From: Narcine bancroftii
Taxonomy: Eukaryota
Length of the DNA: 64,000 bases
NCBI RefSeq assembly: GCF_036971445.1
Contig: NC_091479.1
Location: forward strand, 90,210,001-90,274,000
Reading direction: 5' to 3'
Position 1 is the stretch's first letter, and each line of letters begins with the position of its first letter. The notes under the pieces were generated by a model. That model saw only the letters and a program-made list of their open reading frames with translations, had not been told where the DNA came from and did not search any database. Of the stretch, positions 12,050 to 24,380 are shown piece after piece. A program made the position numbers and the translations under genes.

Positions 12050-12400
12050 GAACAGAGAAACTTTAGAAAAGGTTCAGGGGGAGGTTAGCAGGTTACCTTT
12101 CAAAGGTCTTCAGTTACCAGGATTGACTGAGAGAGCAAGGGCTTTATACTTCAGAAAAAAATGTTGACTTTGAAGAGGTAGGATTGAGGTCTTTAAAATA
12201 ATGAAAGGATTAGACTTGCTCCAAGCAAATAGGCTATTTGAGCTTAATAGCTTAGGTAAGAACAAGAGACGTAATAAGCATATAGTTAGATACCAAGAGG
12301 CACTTCCTTTTGCAGAGTCTGACCTCTGGAACAAGTTGCTGGCACATGCAGAAACATTTTACTGATGGACAAACAAAAATTGTTGGGTCATGGTGTGGGG
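12050..12400 (+). mobile_element. Old CR1 LINE 3' fragment
   Basis: Degenerate LEKVQ..RG..IEVFKIMKGLD..LWNKL motifs. Confidence 0.55.
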
Positions 12401-12994
12401 GCAGGGGGGAAAGGGGGGTTATTGCCTAAATACAGTGATACTCCAAAACTTAATTTATATCAATTGATTGTGTGGCGATCAGTGGGTTTGGAATGGGAAT
12501 AGAGGTAATAGCATGTCAGTCACATCATATTCCCATCAAAAGCATTATAGATTAGAAGTAGAAAGCCTCCTGGTTTAGGGAGTCCAACGCCACATGTTCC
12601 ACTGGCCTGGATTTAGTTCAATTCACATTCCGTTTAATTTTGTGAATTCTCCATGTTTGTAGGTTACATCAGGTTGGAGGATTTGGATGGGTTGCCCATC
12701 TGAAACTGGCTGAGAAGTGTGCTGGGCCTGCCTATTGACAGCTTCCTCACAAAGGGTCCCATGCTGTTGTACCGTGGCAAAATCTACCCAATGTCCCTAC
12801 TCTTTACGGTTACCTAACAAATGATGGAGATTGTGATCATGTGGAAAGTGAGTGAAGACATGGCTTAGTTGATTGAGCATCCCTCACCACTCTGTTATTT
12901 TCCAGGATTAACTTTATAACAAGAATACATAAACAAAGAAAGGGAAAGAGAGTAAATAGAGTAAAAATGGGACCCCACTAAAATTGAAGGGAAA

Positions 12995-14135
12995 GGTTAA
13001 ACAGATTAGGAGTTTATTCCCTGGAGTGTAGAAGAGTGAGGGGAGATTTGAGAGAGATAAACAAAATGATGAGGGGTATAGAATAAATGCAAGTAGGCTT
13101 TTTCTGCTTATGGTAGGTGAGCTACAAGCCAGAGTATATGATTTAAATGTGAAAGGGGGAACATTAGGGGAAAATTCTTCACATAGAGAGTGGAACGAGC
13201 TGCCATCTGAAGTGGTGATGCAGGCTCAATTTTAACATTTAAGAAAACATTTGGTCAGGTACATGGATGGAAGGGGTATGGACTGGGCGGAGATCAGTGG
13301 GACTAGGCAGATTAATAGTTTGGCGCAGACTAGAAGGGCCAAATGGCCTGTTTTCTGTGCTGTAATGTTCTTTGGAATCAATGCAGTTAACTTTCTGTCG
13401 AGCCACATGTGAAGAACGGTCCTCAATGAGTACTTCTGTTTTTACTGTGGAGAAAGACATGGGGAATGGGGCAGTCAGGGATAACAGTCAGTATTACAAT
13501 TGAGGAGATGTTGAAGGTCCTGATGTGCATGAAGGTAGATAAATCTCTTGGGTCTGATCAGATATATCCAAGGACACTGTAGGAAGCTGGAGATGAAATT
13601 GTAGATGCCCTGTTTGTGATTTAGGAGGTATCATTAATTACAGGTGAGTTGCCAGAAAACACCAGGTTGGCAAATATACGTTTATTCAAGAAGGGCTGCA
13701 AGAGAAAGCCTGGGCACTACAGACCAGTGAGCCTAACATCTGTAGTCGGTAAGTTACCGGAGAGTATTCTGAGGGAAAAGATACACGTGCACTCAGACGA
13801 TCAAGGACTGAGGAGGGATAGTCAGCACAGTTTTGTAAGTGAGAGGTCACGAATCACAAATCTAATCGAGGAGCTTGAAGAGGGCTGAACTGCAGGTACT
13901 GTATGTATGGAGTTCAGTGAGGCATTCGATAAGGTTCTGCTCTGGAAAGTCAGATCGCGTGGGATCCAAGGTGAGATAGCAGAATGGATAGAAAATTGGC
14001 TTCATGAAAGAAAGCAGATGGTGAAAGGTTGCTTTTTGGACTGAAGTGACTAGTGGTGTGCCACAGTTTTTGGTGTTGGGCCCATGGTTATTTGTCATGC
14101 ATATCAATGGTTTAGATGAGAACGTACATGGCATC
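12995..14135 (+). mobile_element. CR1 LINE fragments (a 3' end, then a separate RT-proximal fragment)
   Basis: LGVYSLECRRVRGDL..WNELP; then LNEYF..VFTVE, LFKKGCKRKPGHYRPVSLTSVVGKL and VTSGVPQFLVLGP. Confidence 0.8.
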
Positions 14136-14384
14136 TGGTTTCTGAAGGAAGCTGGTCACTGAGACTTCTGACTTGGGGAAGAGTGCTGCCACTGAATTAA
14201 GCCCAAGTCTAAAATATTTAAAATGTGGCTTTGTAAATGTTTTGAACAAACTTTTACTTCATACCTTAAAGAACAGCTGCCTGCATTTAAAAAGAGATAA
14301 TGCTATTGCAATTTAGATGAATCTGTGAAATGACACAGATACAGTTGACTACATGTGGAACTGATACTACTAAAGTAGGGAAAA

Positions 14385-14970
14385 AAGTAAATCACAAAAA
14401 TCTGTAGACATCGTGGTTGAAGTAAAAATACAAAATGCTGGAGAAGTTCAGCAGGTCCTTATGTAGCAAAGGTAAAGATACAGAAACAATGTTTCGGGCT
14501 TGAGCCCTTCATCAAAGTATGAAAGAGTGTTAGCGAGTGTCTGAACAAAAGAATTTGGGGGGTGTGAAGAGTGGTGGCAAGGGCAGGAGATGATAGGTGG
14601 AGAAAGGAGGGAGCAGACAGCAGCAGTGAGGGAGAGGAGGGATGGCTGGGTGGATGGAAGGATAGGAAAGGAGGAGGGGGAAGAAAAGGCGAGCAGATTT
14701 GATGGAAAACAGTAAAGTCAATGTTAAATCCATCTGGCTGGAGTGCCCAGATGGAAAATAAGGTGTTCTTCCAATCTGCAGGTGGTCTGGGCAGTGGGGG
14801 GGGGGGGGGGGGGTGGAAGATAGTACACAAGGCCATGGACAGACATGTGAGCACGGGAGTGTGATGTGGAATTGAAATGGTTGGCCACTGGGAGGTCGCT
14901 GTGGTTCCAAATGGAGAGGAGGTGCTGAACGATGCGATCTCCCAGTCTGCGACCGGTCTCTCCGATTCAG
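14385..14970 (-). mobile_element. Penelope-like element 3' fragment with hammerhead-like motif
   Basis: Reverse strand IGETGRRLGDRIVQHL..PVANHFNS..LQPDGFNIDF and pLTR TTGATGAAGGGCTCAAGCCCGAAAC. Confidence 0.82.
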
Positions 14971-15759
14971 TTTTTAGACTTTGGGCAAGAGGTTAACACC
15001 ACTCGCCCAGTGTGAAGAGCTGCTAAAAAGGAGAGAGGTGGATTTGTACTGAGGTACCCATGTATTCAAGCCTCCACTCTCCCTGGGATTGAAATTTTCA
15101 ATGAAACGGACATGGGACAATTGATTTCCCAAGGCAGCTATGGGGTGATACTTCATTAAAAACTATGTCTGGTAGTGATGTTACCAGAACTCAGCCCAAC
15201 AGAATGTCAGGAAAATCTTAGAGTGGTCAGAAGCAGGCAAACATTAATTATGTTACATGGAACATTCAGGATTCTACTCCCATTTACCATTCCCAAAGTC
15301 ATTCTGCACCAGATCCCAAGGTAGGGCAGCAACTTTCCTTGGGAGTCCCCTCCTGCACCTAACGTGCACCAGTTAACTTCAATCCTACTGGAGATTTGGG
15401 AAAGCAATGAGGAAATCAAGCTATGGTTGACCTTTGTTGCAAGATAATTTGAGCTCAAGCATCTATGCATCTTGGACTAAATCCACCGGGACTCTCAGTT
15501 CACACAGCTCCATGGAATGATACCTTTACGGCAGAGGGAGTGCACTGAAGGCTCACCAGCTTCATTCTTGAGATGGTGGATTTGTTGCACAAGATTAAAT
15601 TGAGCAGACGGGCCACTAGTCACTTAAGTTCAGAAGAACGAGAGCTGATCTCATCAAAATGTAAAAGAATTATAATGATATCGGATCAGAATGGACATGA
15701 CAGAAATATTCTTTGATATTAAAGGGGCCCCATATTTCCGCCCCCCCCCTTAAAAAACA

Positions 15760-16225
15760 TAAGAGGCCCTTTGGGCCACAATGCCGTGCTGTCCTGTATA
15801 AACCCTACTGCACAACGATCTAACTTTTCCCTCCTCATACCCATAACCCTCAATTTTTTTCTTATGCACATTCTCCAATCCCGGTACGGCTTCTCTGCAC
15901 CTTCTCTGCATCCTTCATGATTAGGTGACTAGACACCAATATTCCAAGTGTGATCTAATGACTGTTTTATATAGCTGCAACATTACTTCACAGTTCTTGA
16001 ACTCTGTACCCTGACTAACAAAGGCCAGCACAGCGCACATCTTCTTAACCACCCTATCAACCTGCTCGGCAACCTTAAACAGACTGCAGGCCTTGACCTC
16101 AAGATCCCTTTGTTCCTCCACATTGCCATTAACCATGTACTCCATCTACAAGTCCGAGTTTCCAAAATGTATTACTTCACACTTATCTGGATTGGACTCC
16201 ATCTTCCATTTCAAATTTTCCAATC
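15760..16225 (-). mobile_element. CR1 LINE fragment
   Basis: EEQRDLEV..QVDRVVKK..MLQLYKTVIRSHLEY (ORF 15921-16145). Confidence 0.8.
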
Positions 16226-18114
16226 GTTGCCCTGCCATTAATCGCTTCGAAAGGAGATTGACCACATTATTGGAGCGTGTGTGTCATTAGGAGGACATTG
16301 AGCACAACTCCTATCTCAACTTAGCCACTGGAACCAGTAAACACTAAGCACTATTTTACACTCTCACTGCACTGAATAATATTTTGTTCACGCATCAACT
16401 TTACCAACAGAATGCAAGAGAATTTCCACTCTTTGTTTTCATTTAAAATAATTCAAAAACAGACCAAAAATGTTAAGACTAGAAACTGCAAATGCTGGAA
16501 TCTAAAACAAATAAAAAGCTAAAGAAACTTAGCTTAAGGAATAAACATCCTTTTATGACCAGTTATCTGTTGAGCCTCAATTACAGAAGCAACCTCTCTC
16601 GCAGAATGAACTGGAACAAAACCCAACCTGATGTTTACCAATGAGAATCGGTACTATGCACTGCTCCAAAACATTTCTTATAATCCCGTGAAAGGAATTC
16701 AGAATTGAATTCCCACTCAAGTCCAGGGGTAATGCTACCTGTGTTCTTTAATTTAGGGAAAGCAACTTCCAGATTCAGTTTTTGGAGCCTGTTGTTGAAG
16801 AAGCAATCAAGAAGAAATGGGCAAATAACTTCAAACCATCAGAAACCTGCTGAATCTTACCAAGTCTTTGGACAGGAAGGTCAGGCTGGTACACTAGGTC
16901 ATGAAGTTCAGCTTCTGATCATTACTTTGGTCTCTGACTGCAATTTTTGTGCAGGAAAGCTTGTAGGATTTAACCAGCAAGTTATTGGGAAGTCAGAACT
17001 TGCTGGAAAAATGATGTTCATAAACATTTTAAAGTAAATTTTCTCTACAGGCGCAATTTTCTCCAGGGTACAACTTCAAGTACATGGATCACCTCTGGTA
17101 CTTTATGCGTCAAGAGCTACAACGTCTGTTGTCCTGGACTCCTCTCTCTTGTTGAAAACGACCTTCCCTGCATCACCTATAGTGGTGAAAGACATTAACC
17201 ATGTACTCCATCTACAAGTCTGAGTTTCCAAAATGTATTACTTCACACTTATCTGGATTGGACTCCATCTTCCATTTCAAATTTTCCAACCCAATAGTTG
17301 CCCTGCCATTAATCGCTTCGAAAGGAGCCGTGTAACTTTCTGGAAGTCAGCAGTTGTGGACTGGCAGCATGTTATCGACATGTGGAGTTCACATCGCTCG
17401 GACCCCAAAAGGTTTTCCCTCACTCACCTCAACAAATCTGAAGCTGGTTGAAGAATAACGTGAGTGATACCAGCAACAACAGCCACTAGAGAAGCAAATC
17501 AGTAATAAAAACAGAGGAATCTTCATGTAGAAATGAAAGAATTCTGATTCATTTTCTTTCAGGTTTTTGTGATCATATTTTGAGAGAACTAAGGTATATA
17601 ACTGGGTAATTGGGGTCATTGACTGGGAGTATTTCCAAAGCAGTCAATGAGAGGGAACCAGTTGAATCAACATGTCCACCCTAGAATCAATGGTTCAAGT
17701 TCCTTTGCAATGACTGGTAAACTGGAAGCAAAGCTGACACTGGTGAGGGAGGTCCAGGCTTATGGATAAGATATTAAATTGCTGTTTCATCTGATCTTTA
17801 ATGATCATTTCTAATACTGAGTGAGACTTATCCCAATGTTCTGCCCAAAATTTCTCCCTCATCCAATAACTCAACAAGTGAATTTATCTGGATATTATCT
17901 CATTGACTTTTCAATTTGAAGAACTGTATGCTCTTATATTCCAGTGCAAAAATCACATGCATTTCAGATGCTGTCTGAAAAGTAAGCCTCATTATTCTCA
18001 TCTCCAAAATATTCCGCTATGTTTCCAGGAAATCATGGCATGGCTTTTCCTTAACCCCAATAAATTTTAATCGGCATGGTCAGGGGTTGCTCTTTCTGAT
18101 TACCCTTACTGGAA

Positions 18115-18310
18115 TGGGGCAGCATGGTTAGCGTGACATTATTACAGCGCCAGAGACCCAGCTGTCTGTAAGGAGTTTGTACGTTCTCCCCGTGTGTGCA
18201 TTGGTTTTCTCCGGGTGCTCTGGTTTCCTTCTACCCTGTAGGTTAATTTGTGTGTAATTGAGCGGCAGGGGTTTAAATGCCTGGAATCGGGTTCTACCGT
18301 AAGGTAAACA
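18115..18310 (+). mobile_element. tRNA-derived SINE
   Basis: Same head and core as the 11455 SINE. Confidence 0.75.
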
Positions 18311-19303
18311 AAAATTTAATCTCATTTTGCATCTGGGTATAGATGGAACTTATTCTTGGCTGAGATGACTCTTCAGTACAATTATCGGATTTGACTTTTT
18401 GCCCTCAGAGTTGGTTCTCTGCTTGCACACAATGGTCTAAACATTCACCTCTGAAAATGTCATCTTCAGCTAAAAAAACTCACTTGGTAAGATTGTTTGA
18501 TGCACATAAAAATCAATGGGCTGTTGGCTAAGAGATCTAAAACATCTTCAGGTTGCAAATTAAGATCAATGAAAGCTTTCTACATCAGATGTTTACCCAG
18601 GAAATTACTGGAGAGAAGCTACCTTTAACTCTTCTGCAACCAATTAAACATGACCCAAGTTACTTAACTGCCATGATTTTTTATGAGTGCTGATTTGAGG
18701 CAGCGTTGAGGTCACTGGCTCAAAGCCATTCAAGGTCCAGCTATTGAATCCTAATCGTGATGTGCCTCCAGTTTTTACTGAGAGTCCCAATCAAGAAACT
18801 ACATGCAAGTTTCCTGCTTGGAGTTACAAGAACCCTCTCAGGGTAATACAATACTTAACAAAATCCTTGTGGGGCAGGAAGGGCAAATGTGTTTTTCGAT
18901 GACCAGGAAGAAAATCTTGAGATTTTCTACGTCACAATACCGCAACTCCATTAGATCATACATAGCTCCAGAGTCCAGCATCCACAGACTATTGTATGGC
19001 TCCTACCTGCTTGCTCTGTGGCCTGTGAGCCAAATAAGTTCCTGGCTTTTAGCATAATTCCCTTGTGCTTTGATTGTCAAATACATCTGCTTGATTCCAA
19101 ACTTTCGGATCTCATCAGGTTTCTAACTTAAAGATTATTGTAATCGAAAAAACTGCTACAGAGACACAGGTCACCAGCCCCAAAAGGTGGGTAAAATATA
19201 CAGCCAAGAAAATGAAACATCAAGCATTATGATCTTGTCGATCTAAATGCACCTTAAGGCACTTCATGGATAATTTTGCCTTTCTTGCTGGCATTTGTAA
19301 ATA

Positions 19304-19952
19304 CAGTAAAACCCCTGGTATCTGGCACCTATGGGGATCGGTAGATGGAGGAAAAGTGAGTTTTACAGTTGCTTGAGACAGCATGTCGCGTGAATAGAGA
19401 ACTAATGGTGAGGCACACCATTTTTAACCCTTTGGACGCAGGCCAATTTTAACCTTTCATCACACAGTATATAGTCCAGACTGGGACAACGGGTAAACCG
19501 CAGTATGAAGACCAGTTCGAACCAGCTGGTGATTGGGTGTAAAACCAGTCCTGGAATAGGGGGACATGGAATATATGCACTTGTTAGTAGTCCCTGAAAA
19601 CACGGACATGGAGTATATGTGTTTGTTGGGGGTCCCTGAAAACAGGGGACATGGAGTATATGCATTTGTTGGGGGTCCCTGAAACAGGGACATGGAGTAT
19701 ATGCATTTGTTAGTAGTCCCTGAAACAGGGACATGGAGTATATGTGTTTGTTGGAGGGGGGGGGGGGGGGGGGGAGGTCCCTGAAAACAGGGACATGGAG
19801 TATATGCATTTGTTGGGGGTTCCTGAAAACAAGGACACCAAGTCCAAAGGGTTAAACTTGCATATTTTTTACCCATTTATTTTCCGTGATCTTTTTTGCT
19901 GGTTGCTTGAGATTGCTGGTTGCTTGAATTCCGGATAATAAGGGTTTTACTG
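19304..19952 (+). mobile_element. TA-flanked pogo/Tigger-like MITE hosting a nested piggyBac-like element
   Basis: TA|CAGTAAAACCC ... GGGTTTTACTG|TA inverted termini. An uninterrupted sister copy lies at 25531-25757. Confidence 0.85.
19428..19851. mobile_element. piggyBac-like non-autonomous element with an internal ~40-bp minisatellite
   Basis: TTAA|CCCTTTGGAC ... GTCCAAAGGG|TTAA (TTAA at 19424-19427 and 19852-19855). About 6 units of GGACATGGAGTATATGCATTTGTTGGGGGTCCCTGAAAACAG at ~19560-19837. Confidence 0.85.
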
Positions 19953-22181
19953 TATAATATAACTGGCAGTGAGACTGCAATCAGCTCACTATTTGCCTAC
20001 AGTGTTTTCACTTGTGAGATAAACTGTAAACAATGATGGCTTAAATTCCAGCACACCATAAATGCATACATTGTACAGGCACTGTGAAACACAGTTGCAT
20101 ATACGGTGCAAGTGGTGCATCTCTTCAAGTCTTCATTTATCAGTGCCGACCACCCAGCTTGTTCGTAAACACGTACACATTTACACAGCCAAAGTTTATC
20201 AAAATCGTAGCATACCACATAAAAACTCTTGTCAAAATTTGAGCCTTTTTGGAAATCCCTCTCGCCCCTCCTATATAGAAAGAATAAAAATTGACAAAAA
20301 AAAAGCAGACCTAGGACTGCTCAGGTACTAAATTTAAACATATCTGACCAAGGGGAATCCAAACCTCATGAAAACCTGGTGGATTTTTAAGCTTTCTTTT
20401 TATATCCAACTCAACCTGACCCAACTACCTCATAACGTCAAACATGTTAAGTCTCACACAAGGGTTAATCTAATGGAAGCCAGAAGTTAAGTTTTGAAGG
20501 CATTTGTAGCGAAGTGGGGGGAAAAAACCTTGGTAAATGTATTTATAAAGTCTCAGCTGGCCTGACCCAGCCAAACCTGACCCCTATCTGAATGTTTTAT
20601 CAGAATATACCACTGATCAATCTGAGCCCAACGGTCAATTCCCATTGGACTTTGAAAGGATCAGTAAAGCCCATTAAAAAATAACTCCAGATGTTAGAAA
20701 TTCTGTTACGATTGTAAATGAAAATATTTAGGAAAACAATTGACCTGTTCCTATCAGTTTCTTTGTGCACTTACAGAGAGAATAAACGGAACCCTGAAGC
20801 AATGCTCAGAATTTGGGACCATGAAGTTCACCATGACCTCTTGGAATCCTATCAATGTCGAGACAAAATAAAGTGTAACCCTAGACTTTTTACTTGGGTC
20901 AGTGCCGGAGAAAAATAAAATTGAGCTTTATTTAATACAGAAGCCGGATACACTTTTATGAATATGGACATGAAACTGGCTGGTCACTCAGGGTAGGTAA
21001 TTCTACATCTCTGGAGACAGGTCTCACAAATGATAAGAACATCCGGACTTGGGACTTAAGTTTATCATAAGCATTATTTCTACCCAGGTATGAGAACATA
21101 CACTTGTATCCCCAAAGTTCAGTCTGAAAGTCGCATAAAGGAAGGAATCCCATGTTCAGACTCTGCTCTCTCAATGTTACTTAATAGGGTGTGACTACCC
21201 TGTGGTTAGGAGGCTGGAGCAAGGCACTCACGTAATTTTGTGATGAGATATGCTGCTCATTTCACCAGTTATGAGGAGCTCCTGGGGTCTAGCATCAATC
21301 TGTCGATGCAAATCTGCACTAGCTAATTCTCTAATGGAAAAAAGAGGCCAAGGGGTTCATTGAGGGGCAAGGGTGACATCAAAGTTGCTCGGAATCAATA
21401 ATAATGTACCTGGAAAATTCATGAACGGAGCACAGAAATGGTGATGTTACTAAATGATGGGCAGGGCACATGGAAGGGTGAATTACAATAGAACTCAGCT
21501 ATAAAGTTGAATTTGAAGGATTGGCCAAAAATCGTAATTAACAGTTCAAATGCAAGGGCGATGAAAGGGAAATAAATCCTACAATGTTCTGGCCACAAGC
21601 TGAAGATGACAAGATTAAGGGCAAAGTACGATAACCCCGCTGAATCTAATACGCCCATGTGCAGGATAAGAAAAGACATTGAGCCTACAGAATTGGCCAC
21701 ACAGTGAATACTATACCTAAATCCGCTGAATAAAATGGAACAATATTCATACTGAGGCAGAGGAACAGACCATTTAGTCCCTCAAGTTAGTTTTGGCATT
21801 CTTCGTGATCTGTGACATATTTCCACATTTGCAAGTTAAAATATCTGTAGATCTTCATACCTCAAAAAATAAAAACCAACCTCAACTTAATGTTAACCAT
21901 TGTCATAGCTTTAATTATCCATTGTGGGGGAGTTGAAATCATCCAGACGTGTGGGAGAAATGCTTCCTACCTTCACTTCTGAAAAACTGGCTTGAAGTTT
22001 TACCTATGCTCTTGTTATCCTAGATTTTCCATCAAGAGATAATTGATGTGGTCTATCCTTTTAATAATATCATATAAAAAAAACATCAGTCAGATCACCC
22101 CTTAAATTAAATTTCCTGTCCTGGCCTCTTTAGGAATGGAAATATTGTTCTGGTAAATTTACATTGCACTTACTCCAAAGC

Positions 22182-22714
22182 CAATATATCTTTGCCAAGA
22201 TGCCAAGAGCTACTCACAGATCACCAAGCGACGCTTTCATCAGACTACAATAGATCTTTGCCAAGATGCCAAGAGCTACTCACAGATCACCAAGCGATGC
22301 TTTCATCAGACTACAATAGATCTTTGCCAAGATGCCAAGAGCTACTCACAGATCACCAAGCGATGCTTTCATCAGACTACAATAGATCTTTGCCAAGATG
22401 CCAAGAGCTGCTCACAGATCACCAAGCGAAGCTTTCACCAGACTACAATAGATCTTTGCCAAGATGCCAATAGCTACTCACAGATCACCAAGCGAAGCTT
22501 TCACCAGACTACAATAGATCTTTGCCAAGATGCCAATAGCTACTCACAGATCACCAAGCGAAGCTTTCACCAGACTACAATAGATCTTTGCCAAGATGCC
22601 AAGAGCTACTCACAGATCACCAAGCAAAGCTTTCACCAGACTACAATAGATCTTTGCCAAGATGCCAAGAGCTACTCGCAGATCACCAAGCGAAGCTTTC
22701 ACCAGACTACAATA
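22182..22714. repeat. Minisatellite, 8 x 66 bp
   Basis: Unit CAATAGATCTTTGCCAAGATGCCAAGAGCTACTCACAGATCACCAAGCGAAGCTTTCACCAGACTA repeated head to tail with no spacers. Confidence 0.97.
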
Positions 22715-22739
22715 TAACTCAACCTTCTCCAACACAACA

Positions 22740-24380
22740 AAGTAAAAGCAGAAACAGCTGGAAATATTCAGTTGGTCAGGCAGCAATGGTGAAAAGAAAA
22801 TCTTCCAAATCAATGACCCTTCCTCAGACTGGGTTGAGAGTGGAGGGATGTCAGTTGTCAGCGGGACAGGGGAGTGAGGAGCAAATCATAAGACCGAATG
22901 GAGATGGGCGAAAAGAGGACAGGTGATAAGAAGTAGGAGAACTGACCACTGGTGAGGCATTTATAAGAAGATCAGTGTGAAGGGGACTTAACCATGACAC
23001 TGGGAAAGAACTGGGAGAGCAGGTCACCTGAAGATGAAAAATTCAACATTCATTCAATAAGGTCGCAAAGTGGAGGGACAAGATGATGTTCTTCTGATTT
23101 ATGTTAGGCCTCACTATGGCTCTGGAAGAAGCCACAAACAGACAGAAATATCAAGCACCGTCATCCTGAGAACTGGCCCACCTCAGGGCTGGGTGCTTAG
23201 CCCGCTCCTCCTGAACAAGCTAATGGCCCATGACTGGAACGCCAGATCCAGCTCCAACATTTATCAAGTGTACCTGTCTGTCGGCGGCTTCTTTCACAGC
23301 CATAGTGAGGCCTAATGTTAACTGGAAGAACATCATCTTGTCTCTCCACTTTGCGACCTTATTGAATGAACGCTGAATTTTTCATCTTCAGGTAACCTGC
23401 TTTCCCAGTTCTTAAGTCCCTTCACACTGATCTTCTTAAAAATGCCTCACCAGTGGTCGGAACTCATAGTCCTTATCACCTGCTCTGTTTTAACCTATCT
23501 CCATACAGTCTTTTAGCTTCTCCCATCGGGAAATAGATACAGGAGTATCAGAGCCAGCACCACTAGGCTGAGGAACAGGCAGTGAGAATGCTGAACGACC
23601 AAAGGAACTGCTCTCACTAACCACGCGAGGCTCATATTTACAAAATAATATTTATTTGCATATACAATTACTTATCCTGCATATGCATCGTTGGTCTGTA
23701 TGTGTGCTATGTCTCGTCGTGTTCTGAGTGTTTCGCACCAAGGATTGGAGAACGCTGTTTCGTCGGGTTGTACCTGAGCAATCAGATGACAATAAACTTG
23801 ACTTGAAAGAGAGTAGGGCGGAGAATTCAAGTGCAGGAAAACGAGGCTCAGGGTCACCCCAACACACACGTTCTGCAGAGCGATCACCCAATCCGTGCTT
23901 GGTTTCTCTGACGTAGAAGAGGCAACGTTGTGAATACTGAATTCAGTCGACTAGATTGCAAAAAGTGCAAGTTCACCTGGAATGGTACGTTTGGGTCCCT
24001 GGATGGTGGGAAAGGGAGGGGTGAATGATTAGGTGTGGCAACTCCTCCATTTGCATAGGAAGGTGCCGTGGGAGACAGAATAGTGGGTGAGGTCAGGGAA
24101 TCATAAAGAGAACTGTCTCTGCAATATTTAGAAAAGGGATGAGAGACGAGGATGTGACTGGTAGTGGGATCTTGTTGTCAATGGCACAAATTGCCAACGG
24201 ATAATACGATGAATGTGAACCAGGTGGGGGGAGCTGAGGGAAAACGCTGAATAACAGAGGAGCTCCAGCAGGGTGAGAGCAGACTTGTGGGCGACTAAGG
24301 TAATATGTTTGAGAGCTCTGTTCATTAGTCAGAGGGAAAGCCATATTTCCGGAAGGAGGACAAATCTTAAGAATCAGAAG
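22740..24380 (-). mobile_element. Decayed Penelope-like element interrupted by a Rex1/Babar-like LINE (+, ~23146-23805)
   Basis: Penelope-like GIY-YIG and pLTR remnants on the minus strand. The Rex piece has TGPPQGWVLSPLL, LPSGNRYRSIRASTTRLRN and an AATAAACTTGACTTG tail. Confidence 0.65.

Noticed and set aside
19402-19876. Cys/Pro-rich repetitive ORFs
   Set aside because: Translations of the minisatellite inside the piggyBac-like element.
22182-22714. Possible CRISPR array or repeat-protein gene
   Set aside because: Units are contiguous with no unique spacers, there are no cas genes, and the context is a vertebrate intron. The ORFs are a by-product of the 66-bp period and contain stops.
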